Source of the DNA: Octopus bimaculoides
Lineage: Eukaryota
Direction: 5' to 3'
Length of the DNA stretch: 64,000 nt
Assembly: GCF_001194135.2 (NCBI RefSeq)
Contig: NC_069003.1
Coordinates: 32,562,105-32,626,104 of the forward strand
Below are positions 52,316 through 64,000 of this stretch, piece by piece. A program made the position numbers and the translations under genes. The notes under the pieces were generated by a model that saw only the letters and a program-made list of their open reading frames with translations, did not search any database and was not told the origin of the DNA. The stretch's first letter is position 1. Every line of letters starts with the position of its first letter.

Positions 52316-52728
52316 TTAAGACAATGGGTATAGGGTTTGAGGGAGATTTGACTTATTTTTAGTAGCTGTGTGATCAAGAAGCTTTATATTTGGGGAGATT
52401 TGGCTGTTATTCTGACAAGTTATGCAACCAAATTAAAGCTGCTTCATTTTGATGTGATTTGAGGTAGACTTGGCTGCCACTTCAAGTAGGTTGAGTGATG
52501 ATATAGTGGTTCTCAAACTTGTTTTTTTTTTTAACTATCACTCCTTTTCTTTCATTATTACTCTTCACTGCCCCTCTACCATGATTCAACATATTTAAAT
52601 ACACTATAATAATCTGCAGCCAGCAGGTCAGTCTTGAGCCGTCATTAACTGACTATTGGCACATAAGAAGTGACAGTAGTAGTGTGTGATAAGAAGAAAA
52701 TTTGACTCAGGTAAAGCTGTGTGGTAAG

Positions 52729-52956
52729 GTGGCGAGCTGGCAGAAATGTTAGCATGCTGGGAAAATTGCTTAGTGGTATTTTGTCTGCCGTTACGTTCTG
52801 AGTTCAAATTTCGCCGAGGTCGACTTTGCCTTTCATCCTTTCAGGGTCGATAAATTAAGTACCAGTTACGCACTGGGTTCGATGTAATCAACTTAATCCC
52901 TTTGTCTGTCCTTTTGTGTACCCTCTATGTTTAGCCTCTTGTGGGCAATAAAGAAA
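52729..52956 (+). mobile_element. SINE (GGCGAGCTGGCAGAA family) nested in another SINE head
   Basis: Flanked by TAAG at 52725-52728 and 52957-52960; removing it restores gctgtgtggtaagaagcttgcttcccaac. Confidence 0.8.
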
Positions 52957-54137
52957 TAAGAAGCTTGCTTCCCAACCTCATGGTTCCAGGTTCATTCTCA
53001 CTGTGCCGCACCTAGGGCAAGTGTCTTCTTCCATGGCCTCAAGCCAACCAAAGCATTGTGAGTAGATTTGGTAGAAAGAAACTGAGAGAAGCCCATTGTG
53101 TGTGTCTTTGTGTCTGCATTTGTTCCACCACCACCACTTGATTATTGGTGTTGGTGTGTTTATGTCCCCTAAGTACCAGGCTTGAAAGATAAAGCACTGG
53201 GGTCAATATATTCAACTAAAATTTTTAAAGGTGCAGCACGACCACAGTCTAATGACTGAAATGAATAAAAAATAAAAGAACTATTTCTCTCAGTTCTAGG
53301 AACTAAACAAAGGATCCCTCTTTGATCCATAAAACACCCACTTTGGCTCCTGCAGTTCACCATGTCTCATAAAACTCCTTTATTATTTCCTAAAATTCCT
53401 TTATTATCATGTCAAGTTCCCTTGTCTCATCACATGAAACTCCTTATATCTCTTGTCAAGTGTCCTCGCTCAATTACGCTCATATCTTTTCCCTATCAAA
53501 CAAAAGGTGAAACCGTTGCACTTGAGAAATGAATCCATGATGTTTTCGTTATGTTTTTCAATAGGAGTTTCGCTCTTTTTTGTCCCATGACACTCAACCT
53601 CAATATTTCACAGAATTTCATAATTTCTTTTGTTTGGTATTTAGCGAATTTATAATATTAATTATAAATTCATTAAACAAAATAATTAAAGAATCTCATT
53701 TGTTTCCTTTGTTGATCGTCAAATTTCTCCTCGTTCTGTTTTAGCTCTTTGTTTCTTTTATTTATTTTAAATTTCCATTTTTTTTTTCTTTCTTTCAGAC
53801 ATTTTAACAATTCAGAATTTTACTGAATTATATTATTTTTTTTCTCTCTTGAACTTTTACACTTGGAATCTCAAACTTTAATTTAAATTTACAAAAAATT
53901 ATGTGAAATTCTTTTATTTTTTGCACTTTAGTTATTTTTCATTTATTTTAAATGAAATCTTATTTACTATTTTGTAATGGCTTTTTCCTTTTCTTTTTTT
54001 TTTTTTTTTTGCGGTGTGCTTAGAAAATGAAAGTATATTTACATTTCTGTTTCTCACACTATCAACTCACAAACATTAATTTCTCTATGCCAGTTTAAAT
54101 AAATACTCACCAGAAAATTTCTCTTTCTATTTTGCAG

Positions 54138-54233
54138 TGGGTTATGTACGTCCAGTGGTTATTTTTGGTGCAGTCGCTGATATTGCCAAAGACCGCCTTC
54201 TTCAAGACTTACCCGAGAAGTTTGATTCTCCTC
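54138..54233 (+). CDS. ZO-1: ZO-1 exon, GuK domain
   Basis: ttttgcag|TG GGT TAT...CCT C|gtatgt; encodes [32 protein letters not shown]; phase 1-1. Confidence 0.95.
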
Positions 54234-54276
54234 GTATGTTTGTCTGAAATTTCTTGCCTTTTTGTATACTCTTTAA

Positions 54277-54549
54277 CCTTTTCTTGATCAGATTTCTAAT
54301 AAAATACACTGCCCGTATTCCAATTAATTCTAGAAATTATAAAGAATTTAGAGAAATTTAACAANNNNNNNNNNNNNNNNNNNNNNNNNNNNNNNNNNNN
54401 NNNNNNNNNNNNNTTTAATTATTCATTTAGTGTCTGGGTAATAACAAAATGTTATTGCCTTAGATTGATTTAATTTAAATTTCAACACTTTAAAATGAAA
54501 TTTTTCCATCATAGCACAGAGGTGGTCTTAGGTTGGTACACTAAAAGGG
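54277..54549. mobile_element. TTAA-type MITE (contains an N gap); related copy at 41228-41483
   Basis: TTAA|CCTTTT...AAAAGGG; internal motifs (aaatacactg, catagcacagaggtggtct) resemble 41228-41483. Confidence 0.6.
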
Positions 54550-54868
54550 TTTAGCTTTTCACTGAACAACTATGTAGGGAAGCAATTAGCATTCTTGGTT
54601 ACAAAATATTTCTGAAAGGGCCACCCACAAAGATAAAAGCTTTTACTTCTTAAATCTTTTTTTTTTTCTTTTTACTTGCTTCTGTCATTTGGCCATGCTG
54701 GGGCACCACCTTGAAGTGCTCAGTTGAAAAGATCCCCCCCCCCCACTCCCAGTACTAATCTTTTAAGTTTATGCTATCAGGCTCTTTTGCCTAACTGCTG
54801 AGTTACTGGGACATAAACAAACCAACAATGGTTGTCAAGTGATGTGATGGGTATCTCTCCAGGTCAAA

Positions 54869-55060
54869 TCACTTCTCTGCATTGAGAGGTCACAGCTCAG
54901 GTACCATGGATATGTGATTAGAATGCCACTGGAAACAATTGCAAGATGATTGGATAATATCCATGGTCTCATTTGGTCATTGGTCATGCTTGGGAATCCA
55001 GCTGAAATGGCCAATAATGGTTATTTCTCCCAGGAATTGTGGGAGAAGATGGATAGATGG
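54869..55060 (+). mobile_element. RTE-like LINE C-terminal fragment
   Basis: Translates to SLLCIERSQLRYHGYVIRMPLETIAR*, resembling the RTE IERSQLRWxGHVxRM motif. Confidence 0.6.
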
Positions 55061-55284
55061 AAATTGTATGGATGCTCATTGGTTGGATTTTACCAATACA
55101 GTATTGTTACACTGATTCAGTCTGAGAATCATTAATGATATACATATCTGCCACCAACATTATCAAAACTAATGCAGGATCAATCATCATCGTGTGTGTC
55201 TGTGCATGTGTGCGCATGCACTTTTGTGTCCCTAGATTATTTTGTTCCCTCTGATGACAATATGCTCCCTATTTTCGTTAACAG

Positions 55285-55367
55285 AGAAGAGTGGTCATGA
55301 AGATGACGGTAGGAAAAACCGAACAGGTGTTGTGAAACTTAGTGCTATTAATGGTGTTATGACTCAG
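55285..55367 (+). CDS. ZO-1: ZO-1 exon, GuK domain
   Basis: gttaacag|AG AAG AGT...ACT CAG|gtaagg; encodes QKSGHEDDGRKNRTGVVKLSAINGVMTQ; phase 1 to 0. Confidence 0.93.
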
Positions 55368-56066
55368 GTAAGGAATTTTTAATTTCTTGAAAATATTTAA
55401 TTTATTAACACCCAGACCATCTGAAAAAAGTTCAGGACTAAATGTCATTAAGTCCCCCAATATATATATATCATCATCATCATCGTTTAACGTCCGCTTT
55501 CCATGCTAGCATGAGTTGGACGATTTGGCTGAGGACTGGTGAAACCAGATGGCTACACCAAGCTCCAATCTGATTTGGCAGAGTTTCTACAGCTGGATGC
55601 CCTTCCTAATGCCAACCACTATATATATATATATATATATATCAATCATCCAAGAATGTGTTCACTCTATCTTATGAACCTCACTCTACTTTAAAATAAA
55701 GCATATATGCATTTAAAGACATATTTATGTATATATGTACATACACACACACACACACACACACACATACATGTATAAATGCATACGTATTCATTTGCTT
55801 GCTTTATGCCTGTTTTCTATGCCGGCATAGGTTGGACCGATGCTTATCTGAGGCAGTATTTTATAGTTGGATGCTTTTCCTGTCCCTTACCCTTATCTGC
55901 TTTTCAGGAAAGGGATTTGAAAGTGCAGAGCTACAGGAGGGAATGTGTCTGTGGGAATGAGCATGTATGTGAACATATGTCTGTTAATTTATGTGTGTGA
56001 CTACTGTATGCCTGTGTGTTTATGATTTTATTGTCTTGTATTGATTTTTTTTTTCACCATCTCCAG

Positions 56067-56277
56067 AATAAACACTGTCTGTTGGATATTACTCCTGATT
56101 CAGTTGAAAAGCTCAACTTTGCACAATATTACCCTTTGGTAATTTTTGTGGCATCAGAGACGAAGGCTGCTATGAAAGATGTTCGTTCACGGTGGGCCAA
56201 AAACTCAAGCAAGAACTTGAAAAAGCTCTACGAAGAATCGATGAAATTAGAAAAGTTCTACAGTTATTTATTTACAG
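56067..56277 (+). CDS. ZO-1: ZO-1 exon, GuK domain
   Basis: ctccag|AAT AAA CAC...ACA G|gtaatt; encodes NKHCLLDITPDSVEKLNFAQYYPLVIFVASETKAAMKDVRSRWAKNSSKNLKKLYEESMKLEKFYSYLFT; phase 0 to 1. Confidence 0.96.
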
Positions 56278-57282
56278 GTAATTAATGTTTTATCATAGTT
56301 ACAAGGATTTTAGGAGATCTTTTGTCAGTGGTGAAAGTGGCTGGTCCTCTGAGATTTGTTGGAGAAAAGAAAGAAATTATTTCAGACAAGTGGACTATTT
56401 TAAATGCTCCTGTGAGTCATCTGATGGTGCTATTAAAATGGACACTGGGTTTACTTTAGCACCCAAGAGCAACAACAATTCTCCAAAGAACTTCTACATA
56501 GGCACAGGTGGTGTGGTGTGATGTGAGCAAGATTTGGTTGCAATTACAGGCAAATTAAGTGACTCTCGTTAGTTCTCTATATTACAGTAAATCAGTTCTG
56601 TGATTACAAGTTTGTCCTTAATTCTCATGTGACTTGATCTGGTGTCATATGTTAAGAATGATATGATTAAATCATGGAAGACTAATTTTAGCTCTTTGAA
56701 ATGCACAGACACATTTATATTCACTTTTATTTTGTTTTGTGGTAAAATCATGGGATGCCAGTGTTTCTCCTTTCTCTACTCACTGTCTTCGGCACTTGAC
56801 ATTTTTATAGATAACCCATTTCTTGGTCCAAAAAAAGGTTCTAACTGTAATTCCTGGCATAGAAATTGAATTTTTCAGACCAAAATTTACAGCCAATAAA
56901 GGTAACTTGACTGATATACCGAGAGAACTTTGAAGGATGAAAAGTTCTGAGTGAAATGCAACAGGATTTGAAAAGATAGTGATGTTTGAACATTTACGCT
57001 ATATACTATGTTGGCTTGTATGCCAGAGAAGTATTGCACCTAGTCCATATTATCTAAGTGTGCACCTATTCCATATTATCTAATATGGTTTTTTTTCTTT
57101 TAAGATGGCAAGGTTTGATTTGAGAAAGTTTTGACTGCTATTTCTAACAGGACAAGCAACTATGTAGAGAAGTTGCTCCCTCGTTCACTTATATGATCAT
57201 GATGCTGACACTTGTAATCCTATCTATTTCATTGAATTACTCCTTTAATTTTGCTAAGTAACTATTAATTGTATTCCAACAG

Positions 57283-57380
57283 GTACAATTATCCATAATA
57301 GCAGTGATAGTTGGTATCGTAAATTGAAAGAAATGATTGACTTCCAGCAAAAGCAACAAATATGGATATCAGAAAAACCG
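57283..57380 (+). CDS. ZO-1: ZO-1 exon, GuK C-terminus
   Basis: ttccaacag|GT ACA ATT...AAA CCG|gtctgt; encodes GTIIHNSSDSWYRKLKEMIDFQQKQQIWISEKP; phase 1 to 0. Confidence 0.94.
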
Positions 57381-57664
57381 GTCTGTTATTATTCCAATCT
57401 TTTCCTTTTCTTGATATCGTCAGCATTTAATGTCTCTTTTGTCTAACCAACGCTTTACAATTCAACTCTTCCACTGCTCTATTAGGAAAAAAAAAAAAAA
57501 GGAAATCTTATTGAGAACCCAAATAGTAGATATATAGTTAAAAATACAAATACAAAAATACAAATAGATAATAAATTAATTAATATATAAAAATACAAAT
57601 TGATTAATTAATCAATAAAAAAATTAATAAAGATATTAATTTCCATCTCTTGTCGTGTTTTCAG

Positions 57665-57892
57665 CTGACAGATTCTAAGCATGATGATTTCTTGTTTCCA
57701 ATGTCAACCCGACTCAGTATGGTGGCCTCACCTGAGACAGAACAAGCGCTAAATCGTCCCGTTGATGACATTGATACGTTACCTATTAAAACAGCTCCAC
57801 TCATGCGCTCCTCTTCAGACCCCAGCATAGCAACAATTGATAGAATTCCAGCCATAGCGACATACCCTTCACCCCCAAACTACAAACGAAAA
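57665..57892 (+). CDS. ZO-1: ZO-1 exon, post-GuK (U6-like) region
   Basis: gtgttttcag|CTG ACA GAT...CGA AAA|gtaagt; encodes LTDSKHDDFLFPMSTRLSMVASPETEQ...PSPPNYKRK; phase 0-0. Confidence 0.9.
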
Positions 57893-58325
57893 GTAAGTAC
57901 ATCTGTATGATTATTATCATTATTATTGTTATTGTTATTATTATTATTGTTATTATTATTATCATTATTATTATTATTATTGTGGTGGTGAGCCGCCAGG
58001 ATCATTAGCATGCTGGGTAAAATGCTTCACAGCATTTCGTCCATCTTTACATTCTGAGTTCAAACTCTGCTGAGGTCAACTTTACTTTTCGTCCTTTTGG
58101 GGGTCGATAAATTAAGTGCCTATAGTAGAAAGGATTGTTGTTGTTATTATCATTATTATTACTATTATTCGCCGAGGTCGACTTTGCCTTTCATCCTTTC
58201 GGGGTCGATAAATTAAGTACCAGTTACGCACTGGGGTCGATGTAATCGACTTAATCCCTTTGTCTATCCTTGTTTGTCCCCTCTATATTCAGCCCCTTGT
58301 GGGCAATAAAAAAAAGAAATAATAA

Positions 58326-58383
<58 letters not shown>

Positions 58384-58409
58384 NNNNNNNNNNTCTCTCT
58401 CTCTTTCCT

Positions 58410-58455
<46 letters not shown>

Positions 58456-59045
58456 GTCCATTCTTCTCTCACCTTGCAGCACTTCACCCCTTCAACTTGA
58501 ACTCCATCCTTATTTTATTGCTCTCTGCCTAAAACAATCAATATTCCTCTCCCTTTTGCTCTTCCTTTTTTTTTGTCTCTTTTCTTTCTCATTCTTCATC
58601 TTTACCATTCTCTCTGTTAATATCTCTGTATTCCTTCCATTCCTTCCTTCAATTACATTGTATCTGTCACTCCAAACATCACTTCTGACCAACAATTCAT
58701 CTCCTCTCTTCTTATTCTTATTCTTTCACACTCCTAACCTCATTCTTCTCCAATTCCACTTCCTTTATCTCTCTCCAACTCCTCTTCTACACATTCTCAG
58801 AACGCTTCACTACTACCAGACTTTGATGTCCAAAGGACACGAAAATCTTTCTTCAATCTCCAATGAATGGTTTGGTCCAAAATGTCAGGAAATTCTTTTC
58901 CTAACAACATATAGGATATTTCCTTTCTTAAATATCATACTTTGCCTCTGTGCATTTGTGTGTGTGACTGTCATATTCTATAATTTCTCCATTTTTCTTC
59001 CACTATATTCCGTTCACGTTTCTTCTCTAACTCTACTTTTCTTAG

Positions 59046-59118
59046 GAGAACAGTATACCCCACACAAAAGAACCTACTTACTCAGACAGCCACCAATCAC
59101 CCATCAGGTATAAAGAAG
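59046..59118 (+). CDS. ZO-1: ZO-1 exon, C-terminal low-complexity tail
   Basis: cttttcttag|GAG AAC AGT...GAA G|gtaagc; encodes ENSIPHTKEPTYSDSHQSPIRYKE; phase 0 to 1 bridges its neighbours. Confidence 0.8.
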
Positions 59119-59466
59119 GTAAGCAACCCTGATAAATGTTCATATTTTTTTCCCATATAACTTACTCAGGTAACACTACTACAGGTAAAAATATTGATTT
59201 ACTGGGAACTTTGATTGCAAAACCTTTTCAAATTCTTTCCCAACCAGGAGTGGTCACCTTGGTCAACATTCTCTAAATTCAACAAATATTAAGTTTATTT
59301 AAATAATTAAATAAAATACAGGTATCTGTATATTTGTATAAATGCTACATGCATATTAATGCTGTTGCACAGTGCAAGATACTAGTCTCTGCAAGGTATC
59401 AGTAAACCAATCTGCCTGTCACAGCAATTTGAAGTTCCTGTTCAGAAACTAGTGCTGACTTTAAGA

Positions 59467-59693
59467 TACATTATTTATATTTGACGGATATTTGTCCTCA
59501 TCTTGTTTGTTGTTAACACAACGTTTTGGCTGATACACCCTCCAAGCCTTCATCAAGTGTCTTGGAGAAATTTCGAACCCAGGTTCGAAATTTCCCCAAG
59601 ACACTTGATGAAGGCTGGAGGGTGTATCAGCCAAAACGTTGTGTTAACAACAAACAAGATGAGGACAAATATCCGTCAAATGTAAATAATGTA
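59467..59693. repeat. Near-perfect palindrome (113/112-bp arms, 2-nt loop) with a hammerhead-like motif in each arm; Penelope-like-element-derived
   Basis: Arms 59467-59579 and 59582-59693 differ by 2 substitutions and a 1-nt indel; not adjacent to an N gap. Confidence 0.9.
59600..59645 (+). ncRNA. Degenerate minimal type I hammerhead ribozyme motif (mirror copy on - strand at 59515-59561)
   Basis: GACAC-TTGATGA-A-GGCTG-(10 nt)-CAGCC-AAAA-CG-TT-GTGTT: stem I, stem II and a palindromic AACGTT stem III; core deviates at C3 and G12. Confidence 0.6.
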
Positions 59694-60678
59694 AATAATG
59701 TACATAATTTCTCATCTTTTAAATATAGAACTGTATAGACTTTAAGATGTTCTGGACCATTGCTGTTCAGAAATTGAGTGTTGTAGTTGTATTTTCTCTC
59801 ATGCTTGTTTTAACAGACTTTAATCGTTGTTTTTCCTGTGTTATATCCCATATATTGCGTTCAGAAAAAGAAAAAAGAAAGAAAAAGAAAAAGGAAATTC
59901 AATTCCTGCTCAGTTTATTTGCAGAATATATTCAGACAAATAACCATTTTCTTGAATTGTTCTGTTTCATTTGTGTATATATACATCCAGATTCTTTTTG
60001 TTTTGACTTTTCTGCACATGGAATTTATCATTATATAAAAAGGTAATTATTTTGACATGTGATGAATGGCACGCCATGCACCTGTACAGGGAATGTTGAT
60101 TTGATGGAGGCAGTGAACTTACATACAGCAGAAACATTCATTTGATCACTATAAACAAATCATCTGTGCAGGTTGTTCAGTAAGAATTTTCAGAATCATC
60201 TTTCTCTGACTTGAGAGACTAACAAAATAACCGAAAATAGAAAAAAAGTAATGAGGTGTGTATATAATATATATAAATAATGGTGGAGAAAAAAACTTTC
60301 GTACATCTGGTCATTCTATCTGTAGATGTATTTAGATTCCTTATTTTCTTTATTCTTGTTTTACTGGTTTCAGTCATTGGACTGCGACCGTACAGGATCA
60401 AATTACCCCTCAAAATATATCATGCTAGTACTTATTTTATCATTCTTTATTTCTTGAACTACTCTTCAACATAATTTAGACACAGCACCAGTTCATGATA
60501 GTAAACTGTTGTGAAGAAAGACATGCACACATGTATGCATGTGTGCATCCAACAAGCTTCTGCATTTTTGTTTTGCTTCTTTTTTTTATATATTATAAAT
60601 TACATTGGTTTTTGTTTTTATGCTTTTTTTTCTTTTTTTCTCTTATTTTCTACAAATATCCTGATATATATAATTATT

Positions 60679-61605
60679 ATCATCTTCCCCATTTAACTTC
60701 CCTGTTCCATGCTGGCATGGGTTGGATGGTTTAACGGTATCCAATGGGTCCAAGGCTGCATCATGTTCCAAGGTCTGCTCTGGCTTGGTTTCTATTGCTG
60801 GATACCCTTCCTAATACCGACCACTTTACATCATGTGCCAGGTGCTTGTTTCCATGGCACCAGCACTAGTGTAGTTACCATGCAACTTACAAAACTACAA
60901 CCCCCATTGATTGAGTAGGGGTTACAGTACAGAGGTGAGGGAGAGGGAAACGGTTTTATGCTCAGAGATGAGGGGTAAAGCTGGAAGTAAATGAGAGAGA
61001 TGTGGTGGGAGAGGTTGCAAAGATGTTACAGAAAGAGAGAGGGAAGCAGGTTTAGTTGGAGGGATGTATGATGGTGGAGATGGATAGATAATTTGGTGGC
61101 GGCTTAAGAGGGTGTTCAATGTAAAATGTGAGAGGAGAGGACAGTATTAAGATTGAACAATGGATATCAAGTGAAAGGGGCTCTGGGTAGGAAGAAAGAT
61201 AAGTGGTTTCAGGAAAACCCATGAAGTATGCAGTCCTACTCACATTTAATTACAGTAGCAGAATACTGTAGACAGAGAGAGAGAGATGATGGATGGGGGA
61301 TCCCTTGAGGAGAAAATTGGATGAGCGACCTAGTTGTGCATATATGCATTCACTTTGCTGACATGGAGGGGTCTTGTTGAGAATCCCATATTGCCAGTCA
61401 TCCTTGTCCTTTGTCATCTCCTCCATGAGGTTCAAAGTCCTGAGGTCAGTGTTTACCACTTTGTCCCATTTCTTCCTGGGTTTACCTCTTCTGCAAGCTC
61501 CATCCAACTTAAGGGATCAGTTGTTTTCATCCATATGCACCATCACAGTGCAATCTTCTTTTTTTGCATAGTACATCTGATTGCTCAGTTTTTCTCTTGA
61601 CACAT
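60679..61605 (-). mobile_element. RTE-clade LINE 3' remnant
   Basis: Track ORF 61250..61507 (-) DGACRRGKPRKKWDKVVNTDLRTLNLMEEMTKDKDDW, then a long 3' UTR and the shared RTE tail at 60679-60860. Confidence 0.8.
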
Positions 61606-61954
61606 TTGTACTTTGCCATTCATACACAATTAATAATGATACATAATTGATTTACTCTCTTCAAAGTCTTGAGTGTTTTCAAAATTAATTGAAAAATAGT
61701 ATATTTTGTTCCAAATATAGCCGTGGATGTTTTGATCAAAGACACTCCTACAATATCTAAAATGGCAAAAGGGGATTAAATTCATATTAGTTAAATAAAT
61801 ATTTCTTTTAACTTTCTATTTTGTTTTTAATCAATTTTCCATTTTAATTTGATTTCATTTCATTTTTGTTGATTTAAAAAAAAAATTGTTTTATTTTTGT
61901 TCAATTATTTTTTTTTATTGATTTTTGTTTCAAATTTTGTAATTCATTTTTTAG

Positions 61955-62104
61955 ATTACAGTAGTCTTCCCGAGGACCGTTATTATCCGTCTTATTATGC
62001 TCAGAACCACTCAAGAGAGTGGTCTAACCATAGCAGGTCAAACATTGACCCTTATGCTACTTTTACCCCTAGTGAACGATTACGCTCTCAGCAGGCAGAA
62101 GATG
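61955..62104 (+). CDS. ZO-1: ZO-1 exon, C-terminal Tyr/Ser-rich tail
   Basis: tttttag|AT TAC AGT...GAT G|gtaagg; encodes DYSSLPEDRYYPSYYAQNHSREWSNHSRSNIDPYATFTPSERLRSQQAED; phase 1-1. Confidence 0.83.
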
Positions 62105-62235
62105 GTAAGGAGCACAGTTGATTTACCGGCCTGTTTTCATATTGATATATTCTATATGTATTGACACCACCTGTTTGTATTTCATATATCTACATTATCT
62201 ATCTTTTTAGCTTGCTGTCATATATATAACATACA

Positions 62236-62286
<51 letters not shown>

Positions 62287-62410
62287 ACATAATAGGGTAA
62301 AAATTTGATATTAATTAATATCAATTTAATACCAGGAAACCAGCACATTAAAAGAATCAGAAGGTTCAGAACAAATTTTCTGAGATCCTAAAAGGATTAT
62401 AGTACTTGTG

Positions 62411-62537
62411 TATATAAAAGAGGCCACTAAAGTGGACAGTTAATGTGCTAGAAAAAGATCACTTCTTTCTTTGAGAATTTTTTAAGTGATCTTTTTCTAG
62501 CACATTAACTGTCCACTTTAGTGGCCTCTTTTATATA
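62411..62537. repeat. Perfect 54-bp inverted repeat with a 19-nt loop, abutting an N gap
   Basis: 62411-62464 is the exact reverse complement of 62484-62537. Confidence 0.85.
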
Positions 62538-63663
62538 NNNNNNNNNNNNNNNNNNNNNNNNNNNNNNNNNNNNNNNNNNNNNNNNNNNNNNNNNNNNNNN
62601 NNNNNNNNNNNNNNNNNNNNNNNNNNNNNNNNNNNNNNNNNNNNNNNNNNNNNNNNNNNNNNNNNNNNNNNNNNNNNNNNNNNNNNNNNNNNNNNNNNNN
62701 NNNNNNNNNNNNNNNNNNNNNNNNNNNNNNNNNNNNNNNNNNNNNNNNNNNNNNNNNNNNNNNNNNNNNNNNNNNNNNNNNNNNNNNNNNNNNNNNNNNN
62801 NNNNNNNNNNNNNNNNNNNNNNNNNNNNNNNNNNNNNNNNNNNNNNNNNNNNNNNNNNNNNNNNNNNNNNNNNNNNNNNNNNNNNNNNNNNNNNNNNNNN
62901 NNNNNNNNNNNNNNNNNNNNNNNNNNNNNNNNNNNNNNNNNNNNNNNNNNNNNNNNNNNNNNNNNNNNNNNNNNNNNNNNNNNNNNNNNNNNNNNNNNNN
63001 NNNNNNNNNNNNNNNNNNNNNNNNNNNNNNNNNNNNNNNNNNNNNNNNNNNNNNNNNNNNNNNNNNNNNNNNNNNNNNNNNNNNNNNNNNNNNNNNNNNN
63101 NNNNNNNNNNNNNNNNNNNNNNNNNNNNNNNNNNNNNNNNNNNNNNNNNNNNNNNNNNNNNNNNNNNNNNNNNNNNNNNNNNNNNNNNNNNNNNNNNNNN
63201 NNNNNNNNNNNNNNNNNNNNNNNNNNNNNNNNNNNNNNNNNNNNNNNNNNNNNNNNNNNNNNNNNNNNNNNNNNNNNNNNNNNNNNNNNNNNNNNNNNNN
63301 NNNNNNNNNNNNNNNNNNNNNNNNNNNNNNNNNNNNNNNNNNNNNNNNNNNNNNNNNNNNNNNNNNNNNNNNNNNNNNNNNNNNNNNNNNNNNNNNNNNN
63401 NNNNNNNNNNNNNNNNNNNNNNNNNNNNNNNNNNNNNNNNNNNNATTCTTTCATCTTTTTTTGATATTTTGTTCTCTTTATTTAATTTTCCTTTTATATA
63501 GGTACAGGCATGATTGTGTGGTTATGAGGTTCACTTCTCAACCACATGGTTCTGAGTTCAGTCTTACCGCATGGTACCTTGGGCAAGTGCCTTCTGCTAT
63601 AGCTCCCAGGTCAAGCAAAGCCATGTGAATGGATTTTGTAGATGGGAACTGAAGGAAGCTTGT

Positions 63664-63714
<51 letters not shown>

Positions 63715-64000
63715 GTTACTTTCTCTTTGCCTTGATTTCATGTGATAGTTGTAAATGAGTTTCAGTGTCATACAAGTGGTGTCCTTTGTTTCCAACCTTA
63801 AGTGAAAACATGTCTAGTCATTGGGAAAATATTACCTTATTTCGAAACAGGTGAGGGTTGGTATCAAGAAGGGCATCCAGCCATAGAAAATCTGCCTCAA
63901 CAAGTTCCCTCTGATCCATGTGAGCATGAAAGAATGGAAGTTAAGGCTCTGCTCATTTTAATTGATGTGACCAGCATGTTGCTCTGGTCAGCATGTCAAT

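Noticed and set aside
58480-58500. Alternative terminal exon HFTPST*
   Set aside because: The pyrimidine tract is a (TC)n microsatellite beside a gap, and nothing else supports it.

Overview
AT-rich, microsatellite-dense animal genomic DNA with several N gaps. The repeat landscape looks like Octopus or another coleoid cephalopod; that is my recognition of the repeats, not a verified assignment. The window is the interior of one + strand gene, a ZO-1/polychaetoid (TJP-family MAGUK) orthologue. I trace 20 well-supported GT-AG coding exons plus two candidate microexons (30 nt and 12 nt) from 4437 to 62104. They splice in frame (2812 nt, about 937 codons) into PDZ1-PDZ2-linker-PDZ3-SH3-HOOK-GuK-tail. 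The first exon(s) and the C-terminal region lie outside the window. The introns hold a degenerate mariner with intact TIRs, RTE LINE 3' remnants, several tRNA-derived SINE families, hAT-, Tigger- and piggyBac-like MITEs, and other LINE scraps. Most interesting: (i) a near-perfect 227-bp palindrome whose arms each carry a minimal hammerhead-ribozyme-like motif, plus two more hammerhead-like motifs elsewhere; (ii) frame-preserving microexon candidates (30, 12 and possibly 3 nt) next to PDZ3 and in the HOOK region; (iii) a repeat layout around a symmetric 285-nt exon that could form competing RNA stems. No rRNA, true tRNA or CRISPR features were found. Most ORFs in the supplied track are microsatellite or gap artefacts.
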